From Cyanobacteriota bacterium (GTDB taxonomy: Bacteria; Cyanobacteriota; Cyanobacteriia; Cyanobacteriales; Nostocaceae), in NCBI GenBank assembly GCA_046045965.1, contig JBJOKS010000002.1, positions 1 through 64,000 on the forward strand: DNA of 64,000 nucleotides, in the 5' to 3' direction. This document shows positions 9,249-21,200 of the stretch, in pieces. Numbering within the stretch: the first letter of the stretch is position 1; every line of letters begins with the position of its first letter. The notes beneath the pieces are model-generated. The model was not told the origin of the DNA and ran no database searches. It saw nothing but the letters and a program-made list of their open reading frames with translations. A program made the translations under genes and the position numbers.

Positions 9249-12218
9249 TTAAAAATCTACAGCAATTGAACCAACCACAGTAAAAGGATCACCAGGAGCG
9301 ATCGCTTCTCTAAATTCGGCTGAACGGATGTAATTAACATCAAACAGGTTTTTAAAATTAAGAGATGCTCGCCAATTATTTCTTCGGTAATAAATCGCAG
9401 CATCTGTACGCACATAGCTGGGTATTTGGAAAGAATTTTCTAGATCACCTTGTCTATCACCTACAAAAAACGCTCCTAGTCCCAATCCTATTCCTTGTAA
9501 ATTACCTTTTTGAAATTCATAAGTAGTCCAAAGGCTGGCAGAATTATAAGGAGTATTAGCTAATCTATTGCCTTTTAATCCGTCATTATCGGCGGTAACT
9601 ATGGCATCAGTATAGGTATAGGCAGCGATAATATTCCAACCAGGAAGAATTTGCCCAGTTATATCAAGTTCAACACCCCGACTTCTTTGTTCTCCTACAG
9701 GAATACTAAAACTTGTATCGTCGGGATCGGTAGTAGCGACATTAGATTTAGTAATTTGATAAACAGCTAAATTAGTTACCAATTTGCTATCTAAAAATTC
9801 TCCACGAATTCCTGCCTCATACTGTGTACCACGTTCTGGATCTAAGAAAGAACCATCAGCCCTGGTAGCAAAATTGGGTTGAAATGATTGGCTATAGCTG
9901 GCATACAGTGATATAGGTTTAATAGGTTGGTAAACTATACCAAAACGAGGAGTAAAAGCGGTATCGTATTGATTAGAAGTTTCATCGTTAAATCTGCTTT
10001 CTTGGTCTACAAAATCAAACCTTCCCCCCAATACTAATTTTAAATTCTCCGCTAGGGTAATTTGATCCTGTAAAAATATTCCTAAAGAACTACTCGTATC
10101 TCTATTATCCCGCACTACATTTGTAAGTTCTGAAAGAGCCGGTCTGGCTATTTGATTGTAAACTGGGTTAAAAACATTAATGCTTGGAGTTAAACCCGCA
10201 GGTAATCGTTTTTGTGTTCCTTCCGATGTTCTGTTGGCAAAATCAACACCAAATAAAAGAGTATGTTCTATAGAACCAGTTTTAAATTTACTGGTTAAAT
10301 CAGTTTGCACAGCATAGCTTCGAGCAATATCATCATTAGATCGAAAATTTCTTTCTAAATTGCCAGTAGCACTATCAAAATCTAGAGTTTCTGCACGGTA
10401 GTCAAAAGTATCAGATGATAAAAATCTAAATGTATTCCGTAGCTTTAAATTGTCATTAAACCGATGTTCTAACTGGTAGCTGGCACTAATTTCTTCTATC
10501 TTACTCACATCATCTGGTTCACCAAAAATCCGGTTTCGGGGAACATCCACCACCTGATTACCCACAGCAAATAGACCACGATCAAAAGGTCTTTCATCAT
10601 TCAAATAACTAAATTCTAGAGTTAAATCTGTTTGTTTACCAAGTTGGAAACTAAATACAGGCGCGAAGAATGTACGATTGATTCTTTGGTCAAAATTACG
10701 GAAACTACCTGAGTTTTCATAAGCCGCATTCAACCGATAAGCAGCAGTTTTTTCAGGATTTAAAGCATCGGAAATATCTATTGTCCCCCGATAAAATGAG
10801 TAATTTCCTACCTGAAATTCAGCAGAATAAAAAGGTTGAAATAGAGGTTTTTTGGTAACTAAGTTAATTACTCCTCCTGGTTCTAAATTACCGTACAAAA
10901 CTGAAGCTGGACCTTTGAGAACTTCTAATCGTTCTAAATTGGCAGTTTCGTTCAAGCCACCTCTAAAACCATTATTAGCTATACCATTGGTAAGAATATC
11001 GTCGCTGGAGAAACCACGAATCACAAACCTGTCTTTTGTACTCCCAAAGTTATCACCAGTGCTAACACCACTGACGTTGCGGAGTGCATCATAAAGTTTA
11101 ATAACATTTTGGTCTTTTAATACTTGTTCAGTAACTACTTGTATTGATTGTGGTGTATCCCGTAGTGGTGTATCAGTTCTAGTAGCAGTGGTAGCATCAA
11201 TTACACGATATCTATCTTGCTCGCCTGTAACTATCAATTCAATAGGTTGATCAGCTTCCGATGTTGGTTGTTCTGGTTGAGTTTCATTTTCTGACTGGGG
11301 GGTTGTTGGTGTGGGTTGGGTTTCTGGTTGAGTGGTTGGTGTTTCTGCTTGTGGGGTAGATGCAGTTGCAGCAACACCAAAAATTAAACCTTCGTCACTA
11401 TCAAATAATTCTACTGTGGGGGGATTATCTGTTCCCGTCACGGTAACTCTAATGGTGTTGGTATTAAAGTTACTAACTGTAATCTCGCTAACTCCAGCAA
11501 CAGGTTGTTTTTGGCTAACTGTATCACCATTGGGTAAACTCAGTTGGGCTGAAGGAATATCAACAATGAATGTGTTACCGTCTTTTTGCGGTGATACTTG
11601 TAGTTTGTCACCTTCTGGAGTAGCTAGGATGATTTCTAAGCCGTTGCTGGTGGTGTTAAATTTAACTTCACTAATCTTAACTACTGTTTGAGTTTGTTGT
11701 GGTGAAGTTGTAGCAGATGCAAGGGGTGTAAGTTCAAAAATTAACCCTTCATCACCATCAAATAATTCTGCGGTTGGTACACCTTTTTCACCTGTAACTG
11801 TTAGTTGGACGGTGTTAGCGTTAGTTTGTGTGACACTAACATCAGTAATACCCGCAACAGGATTTTTCTGGTTAAAACTGTTTTGTGTACCCAATGATAG
11901 GACAGTGTTTGGTATTTCTACTATAAAATTACTGCCTTGGCTTTTATTGACTGGCTGGAGTGCTTCTATATTGGGACTTTCTAAAATTACTTCAATACCT
12001 TTATCAGTAGTATTAACTTTAACACCTGTGATTTTAGTGGCTGATGTATTGCGGTTTTGTGCTAGTATTTGCGCTGCCATGAGTGAATAATGCTCTTTAT
12101 CTTCAACGCTAGATATTTCTTTGATTTGCTTTTCTGCATAGGCTGGTTGTACTAAGCTGCCGATAACAGCTAATGCTAATCCCGCCGAATGTATCTCTTT
12201 CATTAACTCAAACTTCAT
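9249..12218 (-). CDS. TonB-dependent siderophore receptor with two N-terminal AMIN domains
   Basis: Signal peptide, two homologous AMIN-like repeats, P/T/Q linker, TonB-box-like IELIVTG, plug motifs (DTPQSIQVV, LEVLKGPASVLYG), C-terminal Phe. Confidence 0.95.
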   Translation of the reverse strand: MKFELMKEIHSAGLALAVIGSLVQPAYAEKQIKEISSVEDKEHYSLMAAQILAQNRNTSATKITGVKVNTTDKGIEVILESPNIEALQPVNKSQGSNFIVEIPNTVLSLGTQNSFNQKNPVAGITDVSVTQTNANTVQLTVTGEKGVPTAELFDGDEGLIFELTPLASATTSPQQTQTVVKISEVKFNTTSNGLEIILATPEGDKLQVSPQKDGNTFIVDIPSAQLSLPNGDTVSQKQPVAGVSEITVSNFNTNTIRVTVTGTDNPPTVELFDSDEGLIFGVAATASTPQAETPTTQPETQPTPTTPQSENETQPEQPTSEADQPIELIVTGEQDRYRVIDATTATRTDTPLRDTPQSIQVVTEQVLKDQNVIKLYDALRNVSGVSTGDNFGSTKDRFVIRGFSSDDILTNGIANNGFRGGLNETANLERLEVLKGPASVLYGNLEPGGVINLVTKKPLFQPFYSAEFQVGNYSFYRGTIDISDALNPEKTAAYRLNAAYENSGSFRNFDQRINRTFFAPVFSFQLGKQTDLTLEFSYLNDERPFDRGLFAVGNQVVDVPRNRIFGEPDDVSKIEEISASYQLEHRFNDNLKLRNTFRFLSSDTFDYRAETLDFDSATGNLERNFRSNDDIARSYAVQTDLTSKFKTGSIEHTLLFGVDFANRTSEGTQKRLPAGLTPSINVFNPVYNQIARPALSELTNVVRDNRDTSSSLGIFLQDQITLAENLKLVLGGRFDFVDQESRFNDETSNQYDTAFTPRFGIVYQPIKPISLYASYSQSFQPNFATRADGSFLDPERGTQYEAGIRGEFLDSKLVTNLAVYQITKSNVATTDPDDTSFSIPVGEQRSRGVELDITGQILPGWNIIAAYTYTDAIVTADNDGLKGNRLANTPYNSASLWTTYEFQKGNLQGIGLGLGAFFVGDRQGDLENSFQIPSYVRTDAAIYYRRNNWRASLNFKNLFDVNYIRSAEFREAIAPGDPFTVVGSIAVDF

Positions 12219-12380
12219 TTCCGTTACTCCTTCCCCTACACCTGTAAACAGAGTTTTCCCTAAGTTTTGTAATTGTGTGCTTCCTCAAACAGCAGAAACT
12301 GTCACGCCTAAAATCTATGACGCAAGACTTTCTTGATAGTGGTTTATCTCAATATATACAAGATTTCTCACTAAAGTAGC

Positions 12381-12429
12381 TGCAAGTCATTTGCATTTAG
12401 AGCCATCACTATTAAGAACTATTATCACA
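12381..12429. promoter_or_regulatory. Putative Fur-type boxes at the TBDT promoter
   Basis: 7-1-7 near-palindrome TGCAAGT-C-ATTTGCA (12381-12395) and ATTAAGAACTATTATCACA (12411-12429). Confidence 0.5.
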
Positions 12430-12709
12430 AAGATTTTTACAAAGCAAGTATTTTTTCAAACTAGCCGTGGCTGTGCTGACTGAAGGGAAAGCTATGGGGT
12501 GTATGCAATTTTGGACTAAAATACTTATTAAATAAGGCTTTGAGGCGATTATATAAAACCCTGTGCTGTCACTTTTAAGTCACAATTCCGTGATATTACA
12601 GTGTGTCATCTATCTAGAGGAGTAATTTATGAGGATGCAAAAAACTTATATGTTATCAATAAAGTAATAATTTTTATTAATTACTTAATGGTTGTAATTT
12701 TCAATAAAT

Positions 12710-12749
12710 TGCTATAAGGTGAATTTGTTAATTGAAAATAAATAGCAAT
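12710..12749 (+). promoter_or_regulatory. Putative extended -10 (TGCTATAAG) followed by a Fur-like box for the NRPS operon
   Basis: ATTGAAAAT-A-AATAGCAAT imperfect palindrome at 12731-12749, just downstream of TGnTATAAG. Confidence 0.45.
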
Positions 12750-12921
12750 AACTAACCAATAGTTAATTGCTAACTGGAAGCAAGAGACTAACTAAACGCA
12801 AATGAGACGCTGCTAATATCTGCAAACTGACAGGTAAGCACTGGAAATTTAGCTCTTTGTTAAGGTTTCTAGACAGGTTTCAATTCAATTTTCTTGTGTG
12901 CATCGAGGCTGAGAAAGTAAA

Positions 12922-15900
12922 ATGACTCAATCTGTTAATGATTTTTCTACGCTTGTAGAGTTACTGCGTTATAGGTCTTTGGAACAACTAAATACTGAGG
13001 CTTTTACTTTTCTGCCAGATGGAGAAGCACAGGGAAAGTCTTGGAATTACGCAGATTTGGACTGTCAAAGTAGAGTCATAGCTTGTCAACTGCAAGCATT
13101 AAAATTAACTGGTGAACGTGCATTACTCCTGTACCCACCAGGACTAGATTATTTAGCGGCTTTTTTTGGTTGTTTATATGCTGGAGTAGTAGCAGTTCCC
13201 GCCTATCCTCCCCGTAATCACCGCAACACACCGAGAATTTTAGCGATTTTAAAAGACTCACAAGCGTCAGTTATCCTGACCACATCAGGAATATTGTCAC
13301 AGGTGCAAACTTTACTAAAAGATACATTTGATACTAATAATATTCATTGGCTAACTACCGATGACCTTGAACCAGGTATAGAAGCAGATTGGCAAGAACC
13401 CGTAATAAATACGGACACTTTAGCATTTTTGCAATACACATCTGGTTCTACTGGTACACCTAAAGGGGTCATGCTAACTCATGGTAATTTATTACACAAC
13501 GCCGAAGTTACCAGGCAATACATGGAACATACAGCTAGTAGTAAATTTATTACTTGGCTACCTGCTTACCATGATATGGGATTAATTGGCGGTATCTTAC
13601 AGCCTTTGTATGGTGGATTTCCCTGTGTGATCATGCCCCCAACATCCTTTTTACAGCGTCCTTATCGGTGGTTAAAAGCCATTTCTGATTACCGTGGAAC
13701 TACTAGCGGCGCACCTAACTTTGCGTATCAATTATGTATTGACAAAATTACTCCAGAACAACGGCAAACCTTAGATTTAAGTAGTTGGGATGTAGCATTT
13801 AACGGTGCTGAACCTATCCGTCAAGAAACCTTAGAAAGATTTACACAAACCTTTGCAGAATGCGGTTTTCGTGCAGAAGCTTTCTATCCTTGCTATGGTA
13901 TGGCAGAAGCAACCTTAATGGTTTCTGGTAGCGTTAAATCTGCGTTAGTTAGAAACAAAAATTTACAAAAAACCGCTTTAGAATGCAATTATGTAATAGA
14001 TAGTCTTACTAACGCAGAGAACAGTATACACATCGTTTCCTGTGGTCGAGTTGTACCGCAACAACAGATAGTTATTGCTAACGCAGACACCTTAACCCGT
14101 TGCAGTGCTGATGAAGTTGGCGAAATTTGGGTATCAGGGCCAAGTATTGGTCATGGTTACTGGAACAGGCCAGAGGAAACAGCGCAAACATTTAACGCAT
14201 ATCTGCAAGATACAGGAGAAGGTCCATTTTTACGGACGGGAGATTTAGGTTTTCTCCATGATGGTGAACTTTTCATAACTGGACGTGCAAAAGATTTAAT
14301 AATTATTAGAGGACGTAATCTTTACCCCCAAGATATTGAACTCACAGCAGAACGTAGTCATAAAATGTTGCGTGCAGGAAGTGTTGCTGCTTTTGCGGTG
14401 GAGGTAGAAAAAGAAGAACAGTTAGTAGTAGTTCAAGAATTAGAATTTCGTGCGAAACCGAATATAGAAGAAGTAATAAATGCGATTAGAAAAGCTATTA
14501 CAGAAGAACATGAAATACAAGTTTATGCTGTTATTTTAATTAAAGGTGGCACAATTTCTAAAACCTCCAGTGGTAAAATTCAACGTCGCGCAACAAAAGC
14601 GAGATTTTTAGAAGGTACATTAGAAGTTGTTGGTAGTAGTATTTTAGAAATTAACCAAGCAACAGAACCGGAAACAGTTCTTACCCGCAGTGACTTATTA
14701 AAAACTGTACCAGAACAAAGACAACAATTATTAAATTCTCACTTACAAAAATTAGTATCTAGGGTTTTGAGAGTAAAACCTGAACAGGTAGATTTTCAAC
14801 AACCTTTAAGTAGTTTGGGTTTAGATTCTCTGAAAGTATTTGAGTTAAAAAATCGGATAGAAGTTGATTTTCAGGTAGTTATATCTATAGCTGAATTATT
14901 TGATGGTGCGGGTATTGCTGAGTTAACACATCAAATTCTTGAGCAAGTCAATAATAATGTCAATCATGTATACTTGCCTATTTCTAAAGTTGAGAAAAAT
15001 ACTAATCAGTACCCGCTAACTTTCACTCAACAACAGTTATGGTTTATCAATCAACTGCAACCAGGAACAGCTACATATAATATTCCTGTAGCAGTTCACA
15101 TTCCCGGAAATTTGAATTTTTCAGCTTTGGTAAATAGCCTCAATGCCATTATTCAAAGACATGAAATTTTACGCACTTGCTTTACCTTAGTAGATGGTGA
15201 AACTGTGCAGAAAATTGTTGATGTTGTGAATTTTACATTACCACAAATTGATTTACAGCATCTTGAACAGCAACAGCAAGAAACGGAGATAAAACGTTTA
15301 TATTTAGAAATAGCACAGACAGCTTTTGACTTAGAAAAAGCACCGTTATTAACAACGAAGTTGCTAAAACTGCACCCAGAAAAATCTATCTTGATTTTGA
15401 CATTACATCATTTAGTAGGTGACGGTTTTTCTATCAATATTTTAGTTAAAGAACTATCAACAATTTATCAATCCTTCTGTGCTGGTGAACCTGCTAATTT
15501 ATCAGAACTGCTTTTACAATATAGCGATTTTGTGTATTGGCAACGGCAATATTTAACAGGGGAAATTTTAGCACAAAATTTAGATTATTGGCGACAAAAA
15601 TTAAGCGGTGATTTACCTGTTTTACAACTACCAACAGACCAACCTAGACCACCTATACAAACTTTTAAAGGAGCGCAGCAGAAGTTTACAATTTCCAAAG
15701 CGTTAACTGAAGAAATTAAACAGTTAAGTAAAAGGGAAGATGCTACTTTATTTATGACTTTGTTAGCGGTATTTCAAACATTGCTTTATCGCTACACAGG
15801 TCAGGAAGATATTATTATAGGTTCACCAATTGCTAACCGTAACCGTGCAGAATTAGAACAATTAATTGGCTGTTTTGTCAATACTTTGGTATTACGTAGC

Positions 15901-18225
15901 AATTTAGCAGGAAATCCCAGCTTTAAAGAATTGTTAGCAAGGGTTAAAAAGACAGCAATTGAGGCTTATACTCACCAAGATTTACCTTTTGAAAAGTTAG
16001 TAGAAGCTTTACAGCCAAATCGGGATCTTAGCTATAACCCATTGTTCCAGGTAATGTTTGTACTTCAAAATTCTGATTCAGATACAATTTGGAAAACTGA
16101 AGAACTGGAGACAGCAACATCTAAGTTTGATATCCTGTTATCAATGATTGAAAGTGAGGGAGAATTAACAGGAACTCTGGAATATAATACTGGTTTATTT
16201 AACGCTGATTCTATTAGCAGAATGATTGGACATTTTCAAACTTTGCTAGAAAGTATAGCGAATAATGTTAATCAGTCTATTTCCGAATTACCAATATTGA
16301 CACCTGCTGAAAGTCAAACATTGTTAGTTGAGTGGAATAATACTCAAGTTGAGTATCCTGAATTTGCTTGTATTCATCATCTGTTTGAAGCACAGGTTGA
16401 AAAAACACCGGATGCTGTAGCAGTAGTATTTGAACATCAAAAACTTACCTATCAGGAGTTAAATAAAAAAGCCAATCAATTAGCACATTACCTGCAAATT
16501 TTAGGCGTGAAACCAGATACCTTGGTGGGTATTTGTATGGAACGATCTTTAGAAATGGTAGTGGGAATATTAGCCATTATGAAAGCGGGTGGAGCTTATT
16601 TACCATTAGATTCTAGCTATCCTCAAGAGCGTTTAGAGTTCATGTTAACAGATGCTCAATTATCATTCTTGCTAGTACAAACCCATCTAGTTGAACAATT
16701 ACCACCTCACCAAACGGAAGTTATAAATGTAGATAAAAATTGGGGTGAATTTGCGAATTATAGTGAATTAAATCCAGAAAGTAATGTACAATTAAAAAAT
16801 ATTGCTTATGTAATTTATACTTCTGGTTCAACAGGCAAACCCAAAGGAGCAATTAACACTCATCAAGGTTTATGTAACCGTTTATTGTGGATGCAAGATA
16901 CTTATAAATTGACATCCAACGATCAGGTTTTACAAAAAACGCCTTTTAGTTTTGATGTTTCTGTCTGGGAATTTTTCTGGCCTTTATTTACTGGTGCAAC
17001 CTTAGTGGTGGCTAAACCAGGTGGTCATCAAGATGCAAATTATTTAGTTGAGTGTATTCAGCAACAAAAAATTACAACCTTGCATTTTGTACCATCAATG
17101 CTGCAAGTGTTTTTAGAATCACCAACATTAGAACAATGTCACAGTTTAAAACGGGTTATTTGTAGTGGTGAAGCATTATCTTCTGAACTGCAAACGCGAT
17201 TTTTTGAATGTTGGCAATCTACAGGCTTAAATAATGTAGAATTACATAATCTCTATGGACCAACAGAAGCTGCAATTGATGTAACTTCCTGGCAATGTCA
17301 ACCATACTATCAAGAAAATATAGTTCCTATTGGTCGTCCTATCGCTAACACCCAAATCTATATTTTAGATTCACATTTGCAACCTGTTCCTATTGGTGTT
17401 GCTGGTGAATTGTATATTGGTGGTATGGGTTTAGCAAGAGGTTATTGGAATAGACAAGAATTGACAAATGAAAAGTTTATTTCTAGTCCTTTTGATGCTG
17501 GAAAACGCCTTTATAAAACAGGAGATTTAGCCCGTTATCGTGCTGATGGGAATATTGAATTTTTGGGTAGAATTGATCATCAAATAAAACTGCGTGGTTT
17601 TCGCATTGAATTAGGAGAAATTGAGGCAGTTATAGTACAATGTTCTCAAGTTAAAGAAACAGTAGTTATTGCTAATCAACAACGGTTAATTGCTTATGTA
17701 GTTCCTGAGCAAAAAGCGACATTTTCAACCACTGAACTAAAGCAGTTGATTAAACAAAAACTGCCGGAATATATGCTTCCTTCTGCCTTTGTGGTTTTAG
17801 AAGCATTACCTTTGACACCTAATGGTAAAGTAGATCGTCGTGCTTTACCAGCACCGGATAATTTACGTCCAGAATTAGCAAATAATTATCAACCTCCTGA
17901 ATCTGATGTAGAAAAATCAATTGCTAAAATTTGGAAACAAGTATTACAATTAGAAAAAGTAGGTGTTAATGATAATTTCTTTGACCTGGGTGGACATTCT
18001 TTATTAGTTGTACAGGTAAATAATAAACTTAGAGAAATTTTAAACCGGGATTTATCAGTTGTAGATATTTTTCAAAATCCTACTATTAAGTCATTAGCTG
18101 AATATTTAAGTAACAATTCAGAAGCAACAACTTTAGGCAAAATGCGCGAAAGAGTTGGTAAACAAAGAGAGGTTCTGAACCAACGCAATCAATTATTAAT
18201 GAAGAAACGAAAGAATTTTAAGTAA
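12922..18225 (+). CDS. NRPS starter: FAAL-ACP-C-A(Ser)-T
   Basis: FAAL motifs AFLQYTSGSTG, WLPAYHDMGLIG, YGMAEATL; ACP LGLDSL; C HHLVGDG; A code read as DVWH..LIDK (Ser type); PCP LGGHSL. Confidence 0.93.
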   Translation: MTQSVNDFSTLVELLRYRSLEQLNTEAFTFLPDGEAQGKSWNYADLDCQSRVIACQLQALKLTGERALLLYPPGLDYLAAFFGCLYAGVVAVPAYPPRNHRNTPRILAILKDSQASVILTTSGILSQVQTLLKDTFDTNNIHWLTTDDLEPGIEADWQEPVINTDTLAFLQYTSGSTGTPKGVMLTHGNLLHNAEVTRQYMEHTASSKFITWLPAYHDMGLIGGILQPLYGGFPCVIMPPTSFLQRPYRWLKAISDYRGTTSGAPNFAYQLCIDKITPEQRQTLDLSSWDVAFNGAEPIRQETLERFTQTFAECGFRAEAFYPCYGMAEATLMVSGSVKSALVRNKNLQKTALECNYVIDSLTNAENSIHIVSCGRVVPQQQIVIANADTLTRCSADEVGEIWVSGPSIGHGYWNRPEETAQTFNAYLQDTGEGPFLRTGDLGFLHDGELFITGRAKDLIIIRGRNLYPQDIELTAERSHKMLRAGSVAAFAVEVEKEEQLVVVQELEFRAKPNIEEVINAIRKAITEEHEIQVYAVILIKGGTISKTSSGKIQRRATKARFLEGTLEVVGSSILEINQATEPETVLTRSDLLKTVPEQRQQLLNSHLQKLVSRVLRVKPEQVDFQQPLSSLGLDSLKVFELKNRIEVDFQVVISIAELFDGAGIAELTHQILEQVNNNVNHVYLPISKVEKNTNQYPLTFTQQQLWFINQLQPGTATYNIPVAVHIPGNLNFSALVNSLNAIIQRHEILRTCFTLVDGETVQKIVDVVNFTLPQIDLQHLEQQQQETEIKRLYLEIAQTAFDLEKAPLLTTKLLKLHPEKSILILTLHHLVGDGFSINILVKELSTIYQSFCAGEPANLSELLLQYSDFVYWQRQYLTGEILAQNLDYWRQKLSGDLPVLQLPTDQPRPPIQTFKGAQQKFTISKALTEEIKQLSKREDATLFMTLLAVFQTLLYRYTGQEDIIIGSPIANRNRAELEQLIGCFVNTLVLRSNLAGNPSFKELLARVKKTAIEAYTHQDLPFEKLVEALQPNRDLSYNPLFQVMFVLQNSDSDTIWKTEELETATSKFDILLSMIESEGELTGTLEYNTGLFNADSISRMIGHFQTLLESIANNVNQSISELPILTPAESQTLLVEWNNTQVEYPEFACIHHLFEAQVEKTPDAVAVVFEHQKLTYQELNKKANQLAHYLQILGVKPDTLVGICMERSLEMVVGILAIMKAGGAYLPLDSSYPQERLEFMLTDAQLSFLLVQTHLVEQLPPHQTEVINVDKNWGEFANYSELNPESNVQLKNIAYVIYTSGSTGKPKGAINTHQGLCNRLLWMQDTYKLTSNDQVLQKTPFSFDVSVWEFFWPLFTGATLVVAKPGGHQDANYLVECIQQQKITTLHFVPSMLQVFLESPTLEQCHSLKRVICSGEALSSELQTRFFECWQSTGLNNVELHNLYGPTEAAIDVTSWQCQPYYQENIVPIGRPIANTQIYILDSHLQPVPIGVAGELYIGGMGLARGYWNRQELTNEKFISSPFDAGKRLYKTGDLARYRADGNIEFLGRIDHQIKLRGFRIELGEIEAVIVQCSQVKETVVIANQQRLIAYVVPEQKATFSTTELKQLIKQKLPEYMLPSAFVVLEALPLTPNGKVDRRALPAPDNLRPELANNYQPPESDVEKSIAKIWKQVLQLEKVGVNDNFFDLGGHSLLVVQVNNKLREILNRDLSVVDIFQNPTIKSLAEYLSNNSEATTLGKMRERVGKQREVLNQRNQLLMKKRKNFK

Positions 18226-18253
18226 TTTGATCAGCAATTTGAAAGGTTAAGTT

Positions 18254-21200
18254 ATGGAAAGTATTGCGATTATCGGAATTTCTGGACGGTTTCCAGGAGC
18301 TAAAAATATAACTGAGTTTTGGCAGAATTTATATGATGGAGTTGAGGCTATTTCTCAATTTAGCGATGAAGAATTAATTGCTGCGGGAGTTGATTCATTA
18401 TTACTAAATAATCCTAACTATATAAAAGTTGGGTCGGTATTAGAAGATATTGATTTATTTGATGCTGGTTTCTTTGGCTTTAACCCCAAAGAAGCAGAAA
18501 TGACTGATCCCCAACATCGGTTATTTTTAGAATGTGCTTGGGAGGCTTTAGAAAATGCGGGTTATGATGTGCAAAGATGTGAAAGTCGAATAGGGGTTTA
18601 TGCTGGTGCTAGTTTAAATAACTATCTATCTTTTAATTTAAATATTGATCAAATTGGTTCTGCTCATAGTTTTCAGAAATTAATTGGGAATGATAAAGAT
18701 TTTTTGTCTACCCGCGTTTCCTATAAATTAAATCTCACAGGACCGAGTTTAACAATACAAACCGCTTGTTCTACTTCTTTAGTTGCCACTGCTTTAGCTT
18801 GCCAAAGTTTATTAAATTACCAATGTGATATGGCTTTGGCTGGTGGTGCGTCAGTGCGTGTACCTCAAAAAACCGGGTATTTGCATCAAGAAGGGGGAAT
18901 TTTATCACCTGATGGCCATTGTCGCGCTTTTGATGCTAAAGCCCAAGGAACGGTTATTGGTAACGGTGTGGGTGTGGTGTTGTTAAAGCGGTTATCCGAT
19001 GCGATCGCAGATAGTGATCATATCTATGCTGTCATCAAAGGTAGTGCCATCAATAACGATGGTTCTAGTAAAGTTGGCTACACTGCACCCAGTGTAAATG
19101 GCCAAGCAGAGGCGATCGCCGAAGCCATAGCTTTAGCAGACATAGAACCGGAAACCATCACTTACATTGAAACTCACGGAACAGGAACAGCTTTAGGCGA
19201 CCCCATAGAGATATCTGCATTAACCAATGTTTTCCGTGCAGAGACAGATAAAAAAGGTTTCTGTGCCATAGGTTCAGTGAAAACAAATATTGGACATTTA
19301 GACGCAGCAGCAGGGGTTACAGGTTTAATTAAAACCGCCTTATCTTTGCAACATAAATTAATTCCTCCCAGCTTAAATTTTGAACAACCTAACCCAGAAA
19401 TTGACTTTGCAAACAGTCCTTTTTATGTCAATACTAAGCTGACAGAATGGAATACAAATCATATACCCAGACGTGCTGGAGTTAGTTCTTTAGGTATTGG
19501 TGGAACTAATGCTCATGTGATTTTAGAAGAAGCCCCAGAACAAGTCAAAAATCAAAAGTCAAAAGTCAAAAATCAATATTTATTATGTTTATCAGCTAAA
19601 ACTGATTCAGCTTTGGAAACTACTACCGAAAATTTAGTTCAACATTTAAAACAAAATCCTGATTTGGATTTAGCAGATGTAGCGTATACATTGCAAGTAG
19701 GAAGAAGTATTTTTAATTATCGTCGGTTTGTAGTTTGTCAAAACATTCAAGAGGCAATAAATACCTTAGAAAATCCCGACAACCAACAAGTATTAACTCA
19801 CTTTGAAGAACCCACAAAACGGGCTATTACTTTCATGTTTTCTGGACAGGGTTCTCAATATGTGAACATGGGTAAAGAACTTTATGAAAATGAGCCGACA
19901 TTTAGGGAACAGGTTGATAGTTGTTGTCTGCTACTCGAACCCTATTTAGGTTTAGATTTACGAGCAGTTATTTATCCCCAAGACTCAGAAAAACAAGCAA
20001 CAGTAGAACAATTAAAACAGACATCCTTAGCACAACCAGCATTGTTTGTAATTGAATATGCTTTAGCTCAACTGTGGATATCCTGGGGTATTTCTCCTCA
20101 AGCAATGATTGGACATAGTATAGGGGAATATGTAGCCGCTTGTTTAGCTGGTATCATGTCTTTAAAAGATGCCTTAAATATAGTTGCTGTCAGAGGAAAA
20201 TTGATGCAGCAAATCTCCCCAGGGGCAATGCTTTCTGTTTCTGCATCAGCAAATGAAATTAAAGATTTAATAACTGAAAATTTAGATTTAGCTGTTATTA
20301 ATTCACCTTCTTTGTGTGTAATTTCAGGAACTAATCAAGCTATTGATGAACTACAAGAAAAATTAACTACATTAAACATAGAATTTCGTCGTTTACACAC
20401 TTCCCATGCTTTTCATTCCTTCATGATGGAGGAAATGTTAGATTCATTTATTGCGGAAGTGACAAAAGTAAAACTGAATCCTCCGCAAATTCCTTTCATT
20501 TCTAATTTAACAGGAACTTGGATTACACCAGAACAAGCAACATCTCCAAATTATTGGGCGCAGCATTTACGGCAAACTGTTAATTTTTCTGCTGGTTTAT
20601 CAGTTTTATTACAAGAAACTGAAAGCATTTTGTTAGAAGTAGGACCAGGAAGAACTTTATGTAGTCTAGTTAAACAACACACCCAACAAGCAGCAGGACA
20701 AGTTGTTTTACCTTCTTTGCGTCATCCCCAGGAAGAAAAATCAGATATTAATTTCTTGCTCAATATTTTAGGGCGTTTATGGTTAGCAGGAGTTGAGATT
20801 AATTGGTCTGGTTATTATAGCCATGAACAACGTTACCGTGTACCTTTACCTACCTATCCTTTTGAACGTCAACGTTATTGGATTGAACCAGAAATACAAA
20901 AACCAGTAATTAATAAAGCTGGTAAAAAAGCTAATATTGATGAATGGTTTTATATTCCTTCTTGGAAACGAGTTCCCATTATTAAAACCAAAGATATTAA
21001 TTCTGGTTGCTCGTTAATTTTTGTAGATGAATCGAGTATAGGTTCAGAACTTGGGCAAAGATTTCAAGAACTAGGACAGGATGTAATTACTGTCAAAGTT
21101 GGAGAAATCTTTAAGCAAGTAGATAGTGATATTTACACTATCAACCCCAAACAAGCAGATGATTATCATCAATTGCTGCGACAGTTACGGGAAGAAGGTA

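Noticed and set aside
10852..12090. Antisense ORFs inside the TBDT, and similar 60-124 aa ORFs overlapping NRPS, ABC, tonB and mrdA genes
   Set aside because: Shadow frames of well-supported genes with no recognisable motifs
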